Part shown: piece after piece, positions 43,914-54,087 of the stretch
How the letters are laid out: each line of letters opens with the position of its first letter
Position numbering within the stretch: the stretch's first letter is position 1
Assembly: GCA_964428955.1 (NCBI GenBank)
Contig: CAYSAD010000001.1
Span: forward strand, 19,561-83,560
Length of the DNA stretch: 64,000 bases
Origin: an uncultured Candidatus Saccharibacteria bacterium
Lineage (GTDB): Bacteria > Patescibacteriota > Saccharimonadia > Saccharimonadales > Saccharimonadaceae
Direction: 5' to 3'
The notes under the pieces: generated by a model
What the model was told of the DNA's origin: nothing
Seen by the model: only the letters and a program-made list of their open reading frames with translations
Databases searched by the model: none
Position numbers and translations under genes: made by a program

Positions 43914-44651
43914 TTATATGATGTCAGGATAGTACTCGGTAATGTCCCGTAACAGCTGTTTCGCTATATCATATGCCCCTTTGTTGTGAAGTTCATGCTG
44001 CTCACCGCGAACATAACCATCAACCGTTGAAACGACTTCATCTAGACTGTCGTTCACGACGAACACAAATCTTTCGCTCGCGAGTACCGTTCTAAGGATC
44101 TTTATCGCCGTTTTAACACGATTGTGAAGCTCTTCACTAGTCATCACTTCGCGTCTCTTGAGGCGCTTCATCCATTCGTTGAAACTCGGCGGAATAACAA
44201 ACATGAATAGTGTGTCAGGTTTCAGTGCGGCAATTGCATCGGTACCACCCACATCGACTTCGTTAATCGGAACTTTACCACTCGCCCGCGCTTTGACGAT
44301 TTCCCGGACATTGTTCCCGGATACTTGTTGATTATGAATCAGTTCCGCCTCGAGAAATTGTCCGTGCCTGAGATCGTCTAGGATTGCCTCCTCCGATCGA
44401 AAATTATATGCCACACCGTCTTGCTCGAGAGTACCATTACGTACTTTCGGAGGTCGTGTTGTGTCTGAGACAATGAAGTGATATCTGTCTGTCTGTACCA
44501 GCTTATCGATGATCGTATTACGGCCACTTCCTGACACACCAAGCAGTATTACCAGTGGCATGTCGGCAAGTACTTTGAGCGTTTCTTCGGACGGCCGGTA
44601 ATCTTTCAGCTCTTCAACGAATTGGTCACGTAATCGTAAGGTAACTTCCAT
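43914..44651 (-). CDS. Guanylate-kinase-like protein with a non-canonical P-loop
   Basis: 245 aa. Aligns by eye to Gmk (SDTTRPP.., FLEAE.., FVIPPS.., VVNDSLDEVV), but Walker A reads GVSGSGRNT instead of GxSGxGKS/T. Confidence 0.65.
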   Translation of the reverse strand: MEVTLRLRDQFVEELKDYRPSEETLKVLADMPLVILLGVSGSGRNTIIDKLVQTDRYHFIVSDTTRPPKVRNGTLEQDGVAYNFRSEEAILDDLRHGQFLEAELIHNQQVSGNNVREIVKARASGKVPINEVDVGGTDAIAALKPDTLFMFVIPPSFNEWMKRLKRREVMTSEELHNRVKTAIKILRTVLASERFVFVVNDSLDEVVSTVDGYVRGEQHELHNKGAYDIAKQLLRDITEYYPDII

Positions 44652-44657
44652 AGATTG

Positions 44658-44663
44658 ATTATA
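44658..44663 (-). promoter_or_regulatory. -10 TATAAT 6 nt upstream of ATG 44651 (leaderless-type)
   Basis: Plus-strand ATTATA at 44658-44663. Confidence 0.4.
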
Positions 44664-44665
44664 GC

Positions 44666-46444
44666 TTAGTCGCGCTTCAGCATCACCGTGAACGCTTCAC
44701 TCGGAATATCGACTTTGCCGAACCGCTTCATGCGTTTTTTACCTTTAGCTTGCTTGGCAAGGACCTTTTTCTTGCGCGAAACATCGCCGCCGTATAGACC
44801 AGTTGTGACATCTTTGCGGTAAGCCGATAAATCTTCGCGAGCGATAAATTTTCCACCAATAGCCGCCTGCAAGGCCACTTGGAAGTTCTGGCGCGGAATG
44901 ACCTCTTTGAGTTTCGTTACCACATCCCGACCGAGTGAATTGGCTTCGCTACGGTGCGCCATAACACTCAAAGCGTCGATCATTTCGCCAGCGACGTAAA
45001 AATCGACCCGTACCAAATCTTCCGGCCGGTATTCATCGAGTTCGTAATTGAAACTACCGTAACCACTGGTGACGGATTTCAATTGATCGTAAAAGTCAGT
45101 CAATAGATTTGCTAAAGGTGCCTCAAATGAAATGAGAGCGCGTTCGTCGATATAACTGAGGTTCTTCTGACGACCGCGTTTGGCCACGATTAGCTGGATT
45201 ACCGCGCCGATGAAGTTGCTAGGTACGACGATTTCACCTTTGATCCACGGTTCACGGATCTCGGTAATTTTCGTAACATTGGGAAGGTCGGCAGCTGATT
45301 TGATATCGAGCTCGTCACCTGTCGTCAATGATATTTGGTAATCGGTCGACGGGTTAGTTACGACCAAGTCAAGATTATATTCGCGCTCCAACCGTTCACG
45401 GACGATGTCCATGTGGAGTAAGCCCAGGAAGCCAATTCGGACACCAAAACCAAGCACCGGCGAATTCTCTGGCTCGAATTGCAGGGCTGAGTCACTCAGC
45501 GACAACTTCTCGACCGCATCTTTGAGATCGTTATAATCTTCGTTGCTCACCGGAAAGAAGCCAGCGTAGACAAATGGTTTGACAAGGCGATAACCAGGCA
45601 ATGCCTGCTCGGCATGGGCGCGACGAACTGTAATCGTGTCGCCTACTCGCGCTTGACGAGTCGTCTTCAAATTGGTCACAATGTAGCCGATTTCACCGGT
45701 TGATAGCACACTGCCTGGCGTCATAACTGGCGCTAGTGCACCAACTTCCAGTGCTAAACCGTGTGCGCTGGTAGCTAACATCTCAATCGTGTCGCTCTTT
45801 TTTATCTCACCATCGACCACTCGAATATACAGAATGACGCCGCGATAATCGTCGTAGTAACTATCGAAAATCAGTGCCCGCGTCGCAGCCTCAGCCTGAC
45901 CCTGCGGCGGCACGATACGCTCGACGATCGCATCCAAAACTTGCTCAACGTTCTCACCGGTCTTAGCGGAAATCTTAATGATGTCGTTTTCCTCGCAACC
46001 AAGCAAGTTGATAATTTCTTTTGAAACCCGTGGCACATCGGCTGCCGGCAGGTCGACTTTGTTGATGACGGGAATAATCGTCAGCTCGGCTTCAAGTGCC
46101 AGGTAAACATTGGCTAGCGTCTGTGCTTGAACTCCTTGGCTGGCATCAACTACCAGGATCGCACCCTCGCAAGCCGCTAAACTGCGTGAAACTTCGTAAC
46201 TAAAATCGACGTGGCCCGGCGTATCAATGAGATTAAAGTCGTACTCTTTGTAACTCATGCGGACTGGTGCGAGTTTAATCGTAATTCCTTTTTCACGCTC
46301 TAATTCCATACTATCGAGTAGTTGCGATTTCATATCACGCTTTTTGACCGTGCCGGTCAGCTCTAACATCCTATCGGCCAGGGTACTCTTGCCATGGTCG
46401 ATATGAGCGATGATACAAAAATTACGAATCCGCGTAGGGTCCAC
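44666..46444 (-). CDS. lepA: Translation elongation factor 4 (LepA)
   Basis: IRNFCIIAHIDHGKSTLADR G1 motif, DTPGHVDF and the C-terminal LepA_C region. The most plausible start is GTG 46444, overlapping the murJ TAG by 1 nt. The ORF-track extension has no homology. Confidence 0.94.
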   Translation of the reverse strand: MDPTRIRNFCIIAHIDHGKSTLADRMLELTGTVKKRDMKSQLLDSMELEREKGITIKLAPVRMSYKEYDFNLIDTPGHVDFSYEVSRSLAACEGAILVVDASQGVQAQTLANVYLALEAELTIIPVINKVDLPAADVPRVSKEIINLLGCEENDIIKISAKTGENVEQVLDAIVERIVPPQGQAEAATRALIFDSYYDDYRGVILYIRVVDGEIKKSDTIEMLATSAHGLALEVGALAPVMTPGSVLSTGEIGYIVTNLKTTRQARVGDTITVRRAHAEQALPGYRLVKPFVYAGFFPVSNEDYNDLKDAVEKLSLSDSALQFEPENSPVLGFGVRIGFLGLLHMDIVRERLEREYNLDLVVTNPSTDYQISLTTGDELDIKSAADLPNVTKITEIREPWIKGEIVVPSNFIGAVIQLIVAKRGRQKNLSYIDERALISFEAPLANLLTDFYDQLKSVTSGYGSFNYELDEYRPEDLVRVDFYVAGEMIDALSVMAHRSEANSLGRDVVTKLKEVIPRQNFQVALQAAIGGKFIAREDLSAYRKDVTTGLYGGDVSRKKKVLAKQAKGKKRMKRFGKVDIPSEAFTVMLKRD

Positions 46445-48066
46445 TAACGCGCCTTTCCAAATAGCACGTTGCGTGCAGTCCTGATAACAGGGTTGGCTTC
46501 TTCGAGCTTCAACCAACGACTAAACGCGACATAGGCAACGAAGCTGATTGTCACGATAGCAGCAAATTTCGGAAATGTCGCCAAGAAACTCTGGTCGTTG
46601 GCATTGAGTTGGAACTGTAACACACTAAGGTAGCTGACAAGCGCCATGAAACCAGTGGCGCTGGCCATGCGAGCAACAGCGTGCACGAAAACAACGTCGA
46701 ATAGATTCTTGATCCGACGGGCCATGACAGCAAACAAAATAAAAACCTCGACAGCTGCCATGATTGACTGTGCCCACGCAAGACCATAAGCACCCAGGCC
46801 AAGCTTCATCGTGAAGTAAACCGCTAGAAATATATTGAGGCCGATCGAGAAGATTGAAATATAAAGAGGTGTTTTAGTATCTTGCTGAGCATAAAAACTA
46901 CGGGCTGCGATATGATAAATCGAACGGAATAAAATGGCGACGACCAGCGCACCAAGCAGTCCAGCCATCAGAATATCACCACCGTTCTTGATGAAATTCA
47001 CTAGATAACCTCGCGTGAAAAACGTAATCGTCGCCACCGGCATCGCTAGCCATATGATGACACGCAGAATCGTTTGCAGTTCACGACGGAAAAGATCCGG
47101 CCGACCCTGGGCCAGCCGCTCCGACATCTTCGGAAACGCCGCGTTACTAATCGCTACCCCAATCAGGTTGATCGGTACCATGTGAAGCGATGTTGCCTGC
47201 TGGTAGGAACGCACTGTTCCGGCCGCCATCCGCGACGCCAGGTTGGTTTCAACGATACTGTTCAAGTAATCCGCACCTTGATCAAGCGACCGCGCAGGTA
47301 GTAGCGTCAAAACTTTTCGGAAACCTTTGTTCTTCCAATAAATTTTGAACCTATAGTCAAATCCTAGTCCGAGTAGGCCGACACAACTGACGATTAGTTG
47401 CAGCATCGATCCCAGTACCACACCAAGTGCGACACCCATAATACCACCGTCGAATATCTGCCAACCAAACAGGTTGATGCCACCAGTAAAGAATAGCGCA
47501 CCGATAATAATACCGATATTGTAAATCGTTGGTGCTAGCGCATAAAAAGTAAACCGGCCAACGGCCTGCTGCATACTGGCAACCACCGTCGCCACTGCGA
47601 ATAGAAATGGATTGACCGCGATGACGCGCATCATACTGACCGCCAGCGCAGTACCTGATTCATCAAGACCAGGTCCCACCACATACCGGACCAGCGGTTC
47701 AGCGAAAATGATAATCAATATACTTGCGACGAGTGTCGCCAACGCCATGAAGTTAATCATGCTAGTAGAAAGCTCCCAAGCTGATTTCTTGTTACCACTT
47801 CCCAGTCGCTGATTGAAGACTGGTATGAACGTAACGCTCAGCGCGCCTGACACCAAAATGAAGAACATAAAGTCAGGAATAGTGAATGCCACCGTATAAG
47901 CGTCGATACCAGTTGGGTAACTATCAAGGTACAGACCGTTCAGCAAACGATCACGATAGAGTCCCAAAGCGCTAGAAAGTAGTGTTGAGCCGGCAAGAAG
48001 TGCAGCAGCTATTTGAATGGTGACTCGCCGATTGGCTCGTGCGACTGCGCTGGTAACTCTTCCCAT
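46444..48066 (-). CDS. murJ: Lipid II flippase MurJ (MviN)
   Basis: 540 aa, about 14 TM helices. N-terminal SRxLGLxRD-like motif (SSALGLYRDRLL). Confidence 0.88.
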   Translation of the reverse strand: MGRVTSAVARANRRVTIQIAAALLAGSTLLSSALGLYRDRLLNGLYLDSYPTGIDAYTVAFTIPDFMFFILVSGALSVTFIPVFNQRLGSGNKKSAWELSTSMINFMALATLVASILIIIFAEPLVRYVVGPGLDESGTALAVSMMRVIAVNPFLFAVATVVASMQQAVGRFTFYALAPTIYNIGIIIGALFFTGGINLFGWQIFDGGIMGVALGVVLGSMLQLIVSCVGLLGLGFDYRFKIYWKNKGFRKVLTLLPARSLDQGADYLNSIVETNLASRMAAGTVRSYQQATSLHMVPINLIGVAISNAAFPKMSERLAQGRPDLFRRELQTILRVIIWLAMPVATITFFTRGYLVNFIKNGGDILMAGLLGALVVAILFRSIYHIAARSFYAQQDTKTPLYISIFSIGLNIFLAVYFTMKLGLGAYGLAWAQSIMAAVEVFILFAVMARRIKNLFDVVFVHAVARMASATGFMALVSYLSVLQFQLNANDQSFLATFPKFAAIVTISFVAYVAFSRWLKLEEANPVIRTARNVLFGKAR

Positions 48067-48074
48067 CGCTTCTC

Positions 48075-49958
48075 CTAAACGGTCTTAGGCTCGTACAGCC
48101 GCGCTTCTTTCGGTAGCGACGTCTCTTTTAGAATCTGCTTGACTTCGGTTTCTTCAACCGTCTCTTTTTCAAGTAATTCGTGTGCTAACTTATCAAGACT
48201 CGGACGGTTATGACGAATGACCACCTCAGCTCTGGCGGCTGCTTCTTTAATCAGCTGCTCGACCTCTTCGTCGATTTCCTTGGCGGTTTCGTTGCTGTAG
48301 GGCCGATCGTGCGTCATGCGGTCAAACATCATGCCTCCGCCATCTTCGTGGAAGACCTGGTCGCGCAACTTCTCGCCCATGCCTTGTTCAATAATCATAT
48401 CGCGGGCAATTTCAGTCGCCTTGCGTAGATCACTGCCAGCGCCAGTCGTAATACCATCCACACCGTAAATAATCTTCTCAGCGATGCGACCACCCATAGC
48501 CCGTGCCAGAATATCTTTGAACTCGTAGACATTGGTGTAGCTCTTGTCCTCTGGCGGTAAGAACCAAGTAACGCCGCCAGTACCTCCGCGTGGGATGATG
48601 GTAACCTTATGCACCGGATCGCTGTCTGGCAAGACATGACCGACAACAGCATGGCCAGCTTCATGGTAGGCCGTTAATTCTTTTTCTTTCTCATTCATAA
48701 CCTTGGTTTTACGCTCCGGCCCGATAGCAACTTTTTCAAACGCTTCGGTCAAATCGGCATTGGAAATTTTCTTGGCATTCCGACGAGCTGTAATAATAGC
48801 GGCTTCGTTGGCGATATTAGCCAAATCAGCGCCACTACTACCGGCAGTCTTGGCGGCAAGCGCATCCAAATTGACCGTGGCTTCGGTCGGTTTATTCTTG
48901 AAATGTACTTTCAAAATCGCTTCGCGGTCGCGTCGTTCCGGTAGCAAAATATTCGTACGGCGATCGAAGCGACCCGGACGCAGCAAAGCGGGGTCAAGCA
49001 CGTCGGCCCGGTTGGTTGCCGCTAAAACGATAACGTTCGTGCCGGTTTCAAACCCATCCATTTCCACCAAAATTTGATTAAGAGTTTGCTCACGTTCATC
49101 GTGACCACCGCCCATACCGCTACCACGCTTGCGACCAACGGCATCAATCTCATCAATGAAAATGATAGCTGGCGCGTTCTTTTTAGCCTTAGCAAACAGG
49201 TCGCGCACACGACTGGCACCAACACCGACGAACATCTCAACGAACTCCGAACCGGAAATAGAGAAGAATGGCACATTGGCTTCCCCAGCGACGGCTCGAG
49301 CAAGCATGGTTTTACCTGTTCCCGGACTACCGACGAGCAGTACACCTTTTGGAATCTTGGCACCAAGACTCTCGTACTTTTTTGGGTGCTTCAGAAAATC
49401 AACGACTTCTTCCAGATCCTGTTTGGCGCTATCATTACCAGCGATGTCGGTAAACATGACCCGCTCTTTATCAAGTCCATACAGCTTGGCTTTACTTTTA
49501 CCAAAACCCAGCGCCTGGTTGTTTTGGCCTTGCGCCTGGCGCATCATGAACATGAACAACGCACCAATTAACAGCACTGGCACAATGATGATGGCAATGT
49601 TCCATAGTGTACTACCAGCTTCCGACGGTGCTTTATCAGACACAAGAGACTGAGCATCTTTCGAAAGCACATCATCCTTAATCAGCGTACTGACGCCACC
49701 CTGGATGTACGATTTTTCAGTTGGATTATCTTGGCCCTTTGGCGTGATGGTAATATCGTTGCCTTGACCTTCAATCTTACTGATTTCACCTTTGTTGGCT
49801 CGACTGACAACATCGGAAATCGGCACGCTTTTGAGGTTTGTCTGTGGCGTCGTCAGGGCGAAAAAGCCTAGCACACACACTACGATAATCGCCCAGAAGA
49901 GCGACAAACGTACAATATTATTCATTTTGCCTTTCGGCGGTTTTTGCTTAGTAGCCAT
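48075..49958 (-). CDS. ftsH: ATP-dependent zinc metalloprotease FtsH
   Basis: 627 aa. Two TM helices, [17 protein letters not shown], second region of homology, HEAGHA zinc site. Confidence 0.97.
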   Translation of the reverse strand: MATKQKPPKGKMNNIVRLSLFWAIIVVCVLGFFALTTPQTNLKSVPISDVVSRANKGEISKIEGQGNDITITPKGQDNPTEKSYIQGGVSTLIKDDVLSKDAQSLVSDKAPSEAGSTLWNIAIIIVPVLLIGALFMFMMRQAQGQNNQALGFGKSKAKLYGLDKERVMFTDIAGNDSAKQDLEEVVDFLKHPKKYESLGAKIPKGVLLVGSPGTGKTMLARAVAGEANVPFFSISGSEFVEMFVGVGASRVRDLFAKAKKNAPAIIFIDEIDAVGRKRGSGMGGGHDEREQTLNQILVEMDGFETGTNVIVLAATNRADVLDPALLRPGRFDRRTNILLPERRDREAILKVHFKNKPTEATVNLDALAAKTAGSSGADLANIANEAAIITARRNAKKISNADLTEAFEKVAIGPERKTKVMNEKEKELTAYHEAGHAVVGHVLPDSDPVHKVTIIPRGGTGGVTWFLPPEDKSYTNVYEFKDILARAMGGRIAEKIIYGVDGITTGAGSDLRKATEIARDMIIEQGMGEKLRDQVFHEDGGGMMFDRMTHDRPYSNETAKEIDEEVEQLIKEAAARAEVVIRHNRPSLDKLAHELLEKETVEETEVKQILKETSLPKEARLYEPKTV

Positions 49959-50026
49959 ACGAACGAAGTATCCTTTTTAGGTCCAGTCTGATTTTAGAAT
50001 TTTCACTCCCCTTATCATAGCACCCA

Positions 50027-50857
50027 CTAAGGGGTTTCGACAATAAAATCACGAGCGCGCATGACGAACACCACACCAGTGCCGCTCTCGATTCGCGCAC
50101 CGGACTTTGTGACTTTTATGGCATGCAACGCCCGATCAGCTTGCGGTCGAGTCAGGGCGAAGTCAGTTAACGTCCGAAGCAACTCCGCCCCTACGGCGCT
50201 GTCGATGTGGGTAAAAAAGTAACGCGAATACGGTGAGCTAATATTGAGTTGTCGTTCTTCGGTTTCGATTGCAGTTCTAAGTTCACACTGCCGCGCACGT
50301 AAATCGAGTAACGCTCGCTTGGTCGACTCACTAAGCCGCGCGCTAATCCGAGCACGCAATCGATTACGCAAATATGCGTCCGTTTGATTGGTTTCATCTT
50401 CAACCCACTCCAGCTGGCGGTTAAGTGCATAATTATAAATTTCATCTTTGGTAAGTTTCAATAACGGCCGGACGATCCGGCTATCATTCATTGCGGCCAG
50501 TCCTCGCCAACCGGTACCACGCGTCAGATTGATGGCAATCGTCTCAATCATGTCATCGGCATGATGAGCCGTCACTACCTGGCCATCATTTTTTTTGGCC
50601 AGCTCACGTAAAAATTCATAACGGCGGGTTCTAGCCAGTGCTTCACTGGCCGTTGGTCCGAGCTCTTCGCGACGTGATTCGAACGGCAGTCCATACGTTT
50701 TAGCTAAGCCCTCGACGAACCGAGCGTCGGCGACAGAATCAGGCCGAATACCATGATCGAAATGGGCGACGATCAATTTTTCTTTGTCTTCAGTCACGAG
50801 CTTATGAAGCAATACAACCGAATCGACGCCACCGCTGACCGCTACGATATACGTCAT
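50027..50857 (-). CDS. tilS: tRNA(Ile)-lysidine synthase TilS (short form)
   Basis: 276 aa. PP-loop VAVSGGVDS and HHADD motif. Confidence 0.88.
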   Translation of the reverse strand: MTYIVAVSGGVDSVVLLHKLVTEDKEKLIVAHFDHGIRPDSVADARFVEGLAKTYGLPFESRREELGPTASEALARTRRYEFLRELAKKNDGQVVTAHHADDMIETIAINLTRGTGWRGLAAMNDSRIVRPLLKLTKDEIYNYALNRQLEWVEDETNQTDAYLRNRLRARISARLSESTKRALLDLRARQCELRTAIETEERQLNISSPYSRYFFTHIDSAVGAELLRTLTDFALTRPQADRALHAIKVTKSGARIESGTGVVFVMRARDFIVETP

Positions 50858-50860
50858 ATG

Positions 50861-51037
50861 CTAACCAAACCGTCTGGATAAAACGACCGCCAGCCAAATG
50901 CCGACAATACCACCGACGAATGCACCGATTACACCCCATAAGTCAAATATACTGTAGTCACCAAATAGCATCGGCACAGCACCGCCAGCGGTCATCCCGC
51001 CAACCATTCCAAACATAACCGCACTCTTACTTGTCAT
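50861..51037 (-). CDS. Small Gly-rich membrane protein, hypothetical
   Basis: 58 aa from ATG 51037 (MTSKSAVMFGMVGGMTAGG...). The longer ORF-track form would overlap dinB. Confidence 0.45.
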   Translation of the reverse strand: MTSKSAVMFGMVGGMTAGGAVPMLFGDYSIFDLWGVIGAFVGGIVGIWLAVVLSRRFG

Positions 51038-51044
51038 TAGGTTT

Positions 51045-51050
51045 ATTATA
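51045..51050 (-). promoter_or_regulatory. -10 TATAAT 7 nt upstream of ATG 51037 (leaderless-type)
   Basis: Plus-strand ATTATA at 51045-51050. Confidence 0.4.
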
Positions 51051-51062
51051 CGCCACCAGGCT

Positions 51063-52295
51063 TTACATATACCGCGTACTGCCGAACGGAATCTTGGCGC
51101 GCATGATGTGGTCAGTCGACAAAGTATCGGCCGAGTGAATAGCCCGCGCACCGTAGCGTTGGTTGATAGTATCAACCGCGCCAGTCATAGCCTGGTCACG
51201 AGCTAGTTCATCGCCAAACAGATTCAGCTGCGAATCGTCTGGCTGACTCAGCCCATAACAGGTAACACCAATTTCTTTGACCGTCTCTGGTGCGTGCGCA
51301 AACAACTGCCGGACTTGCTCGTAAATTGCTTGGTTACTAAAAAACGGCAAGCTGGCCATGTGGCGAGCATGCCAATAACCACGGTCGTAGCTGCGGGCAT
51401 GCACCTGGACACCGCGCGCTACCAAGCCCTGAGAACGAACCTTAGCGCCAACTTCCTCACATAAATGATGTAATCGCTGTAAAACTTCGGGGCGTGATAG
51501 TTTATATGACTCCAGTACATATTGCCGGCCGGCACTTTTTAAGGTGAAATCGCGCTTATCGACTTCCCAGCCACGCAACCGCTGGTACCACTCGTCACCA
51601 CAGACGCTCTTGAACACTATCTTACGTAATGTCACCGGATCGGCATCTAAAAACTCCAGTGGCGTGAAAATGCCAACGGCATTCAACCGCGCATGGAGAT
51701 GCTGGGCTATGCCGGTCAGGTCCTCCAGTTCGAGCCCGGCGTAGACAGCCCGTAGATTGTCGGCTGAAATGACGTCGAGACCATCGGGTTTATGCAGGCC
51801 GGCGGCGGTTTTGGCTAAGAAACGGTTCGGCCCGATGCCGACGTTGCAAATCATGGCCCGTCCGATCTCATCCCGCAGACGCTGTTTGATTTCACAACCA
51901 ACGTCAACGAGATTCCGACGAGCAATCTGATGGGTCGTTTCTGAAAAATCAATCACGCCCTCGTCGATACTTTTCATCCTCACATGGGCCGAATAGTCAT
52001 TCATGATCCGCATAAGCTGATGGTAGACATAGCGATACTTCGGTGGATCACTCTCCAGCCCGATCAAATCCGGACATAAAAGCTTGGCATCCTTAAGGCG
52101 CATACCAAGCTTAACGCCCATCGCTTTCGCCTCGTAACTGGCCGTTACAATCGTTGTGTGTTCGGTGCGACGATTGACGATAGCCACCGGGCGGCCGCGC
52201 AGCAGCGGCCGGGCTTGCTGCTCGACGGTGGCAAAGCAGCTGTTGAGATCGATATGCATGATAACTGGCGATACCTGGTTATAATCGCTTCTCAT
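51063..52295 (-). CDS. dinB: Y-family DNA polymerase (DinB/Pol IV-like)
   Basis: 410 aa. HIDLNSCFATVEQ (catalytic Asp), SYEAKAMGVK, SIDEGVID. Confidence 0.9.
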   Translation of the reverse strand: MRSDYNQVSPVIMHIDLNSCFATVEQQARPLLRGRPVAIVNRRTEHTTIVTASYEAKAMGVKLGMRLKDAKLLCPDLIGLESDPPKYRYVYHQLMRIMNDYSAHVRMKSIDEGVIDFSETTHQIARRNLVDVGCEIKQRLRDEIGRAMICNVGIGPNRFLAKTAAGLHKPDGLDVISADNLRAVYAGLELEDLTGIAQHLHARLNAVGIFTPLEFLDADPVTLRKIVFKSVCGDEWYQRLRGWEVDKRDFTLKSAGRQYVLESYKLSRPEVLQRLHHLCEEVGAKVRSQGLVARGVQVHARSYDRGYWHARHMASLPFFSNQAIYEQVRQLFAHAPETVKEIGVTCYGLSQPDDSQLNLFGDELARDQAMTGAVDTINQRYGARAIHSADTLSTDHIMRAKIPFGSTRYM

Positions 52296-52555
52296 AAGTG
52301 GTCGCCTTCGCGCGTCAAATGCCAGGTCAGCCGCTCGCTGTCGAATTCCAAGCGATAGTCCGCCTGCGAATCGGTCACATCGAATATATGCATCGTTCGC
52401 TGGCCGCTCGTCGTCGGGTGGCGCAAACCTATCTCGTTAATTATGATTTCACGCCCATTAGTGCGTCGAAATTTTATCGGTTTACAGGGATTTAGGCCGA
52501 TGCCGAACGTTGCTACTACGTCAACCCGTTCGTTCAAAAAAAGTTCATCATCCAT
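52292..52555 (-). CDS. Hypothetical 87-aa protein translationally coupled (ATGA) to the Y-family polymerase
   Basis: ATG 52555 with AGAGGAAG SD. Its TGA overlaps the dinB ATG. No family recognised. Confidence 0.6.
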   Translation of the reverse strand: MDDELFLNERVDVVATFGIGLNPCKPIKFRRTNGREIIINEIGLRHPTTSGQRTMHIFDVTDSQADYRLEFDSERLTWHLTREGDHL

Positions 52556-52605
52556 TGGTAGTCTTCCTCTTGTTTAGTTAAAGAGAAACGATTCGTAGAT
52601 TGTAT

Positions 52606-52641
52606 TGCCCGTTCACGTGCCCGTTTCTAGCAGATGCCCGC
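52606..52641. repeat. Three direct TGCCCG(T/C) repeats in the leader/promoter region of orf87-dinB
   Basis: TGCCCGTT at 52606-52613 and at 52618-52625 (12-nt phasing), TGCCCGC at 52635-52641. A CACGTG palindrome lies between the first two. Confidence 0.35.
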
Positions 52642-52727
52642 AGACAATCGATGACTCATTCCAGAGGGACGCTTGACCGAAACAGCCGGTGTGTATCGTG
52701 GCGAGATTGTACCCTTAGTATAGCAAA

Positions 52728-53759
52728 TTATTTACCAATGGAAGAGTTGAGATTGGAAATTGGGCTGTAGTTATATACCGCTACTGTTTGCTTATAGCAA
52801 ACATCACCGGCCGCGTGCGGTTTAGTCGTTAGGTCACTCGTGTAGCTGCTCACTGCGGTACCCTGCAGTTCCACGCCGCCGTCACCGTAATTATCGTAGC
52901 CGCCGCCGTAGTAGTCACCGCGTGCACTATTCTCGTGTTTGTAGGTAACGCACAATTGGTAATAGTAGTTCTTGTTAGTTGAGTATGAGCTATAATTCGG
53001 AACTTCGCTGATAGCTGGGTTCTCTTTCTGGTAGCGTACTTTACCACTATCAATCAAAGTTTGCACATCGCTCGACTGTGATGATAAGTCAGTGAGACTA
53101 CCAGGCAGTTGGTTGTGTTGTCTCGTATAGCTTTGAATCGAGTAGGTAAGATTCGACAAGTTATCTTCAACCATCTTATCGTCGCGGCCTATAATGGCGC
53201 TTACCAGCGGCCCAAAAATACCGAAGCCGATCAGTACGACCGCCAGTACTAGCATCGTCAAGCCGTAGATTAGTGACATACGGCTAGTTTTGAACGGATA
53301 CAAAACCCGTAACAATAACAAACCGTATAGAACGGCGGCGGCAAATGTCGTAATCAGACCGACGGTTTTCTCGGCGCTCGTGGTATCGACTAACATGTTC
53401 AAACCAATGAAAACGGCACCGATAAGAGTACCGATAGCAATTAGCGCGTAGAGTACGGAGTGCAGTACCATCACCACTGTCGCCGCACCAGCTTTTTTCA
53501 ACGGTTCATGGCGACGATAAAAGAAATCGGTCAGGTAAGCCACCGGCAACAATACGATGTTGGCTGCCAATGCGTATGGCAACGAGGCTGCGTCAGTCGA
53601 CGAGCCCTTGTCGACCATGAAGAACATTAGTACTACCGTAAACAGCCAAATAAAGGCGATGATGAACCAGCCCCAAAAGGCATAACTGAGCCATTGCAAA
53701 ACCACCACACCAGCCGACGAACGGGTGGCAGTAGGGCGCTTATCATTGTTCTCGTGCAT
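52728..53759 (-). CDS. Membrane protein: N-terminal polytopic domain plus extracytoplasmic C-terminal domain, hypothetical
   Basis: 343 aa, about 6 TM helices, then a Y, N, S and G-rich soluble region with 2 Cys. TAGGAGAT SD. Confidence 0.65.
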   Translation of the reverse strand: MHENNDKRPTATRSSAGVVVLQWLSYAFWGWFIIAFIWLFTVVLMFFMVDKGSSTDAASLPYALAANIVLLPVAYLTDFFYRRHEPLKKAGAATVVMVLHSVLYALIAIGTLIGAVFIGLNMLVDTTSAEKTVGLITTFAAAVLYGLLLLRVLYPFKTSRMSLIYGLTMLVLAVVLIGFGIFGPLVSAIIGRDDKMVEDNLSNLTYSIQSYTRQHNQLPGSLTDLSSQSSDVQTLIDSGKVRYQKENPAISEVPNYSSYSTNKNYYYQLCVTYKHENSARGDYYGGGYDNYGDGGVELQGTAVSSYTSDLTTKPHAAGDVCYKQTVAVYNYSPISNLNSSIGK

Positions 53760-53967
53760 AACACAATATCTCCTACTAACATCGATTGTATGAAGTCAGT
53801 ATACCATTAGCATGTTCATAGATACGAAAAAGTATTACTACACACGCTGTAACACGTGTCAAAAGTCATTTCCTCTCATGACACGAGCTGACCACCACAC
53901 AGTCCATCTCGCAATACCCGAATCCTGCAACAGGGGTCGTTATACTGGAAATTGAGCCTAGCTACAA

Positions 53968-53997
53968 ACAAAAATCACCCACAACTGGGGTGATGAT
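53968..53997 (-). terminator. Rho-independent terminator of tRNA-Met
   Basis: On the minus strand, an ATCACCC/GGGTGAT stem is followed by TTTTTGTTTG. Confidence 0.7.
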
Positions 53998-54010
53998 TGA
54001 AATTTCAACT

Positions 54011-54087
54011 TGGTAGCAGCGACTGGAATTGAACCAGTGACCTTAGGCTTATGAGTCCTACGCTCTAACCAACTGAGCTACGCTGCC
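54011..54087 (-). tRNA. tRNA-Met (CAT), elongator type
   Basis: The D-arm GTAGCTCAGTTGGTTAGAGC and GGTCAC variable/T junction resemble E. coli elongator tRNA-Met. Anticodon loop CTCATAA, G1-U72, encoded CCA. Confidence 0.85.
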
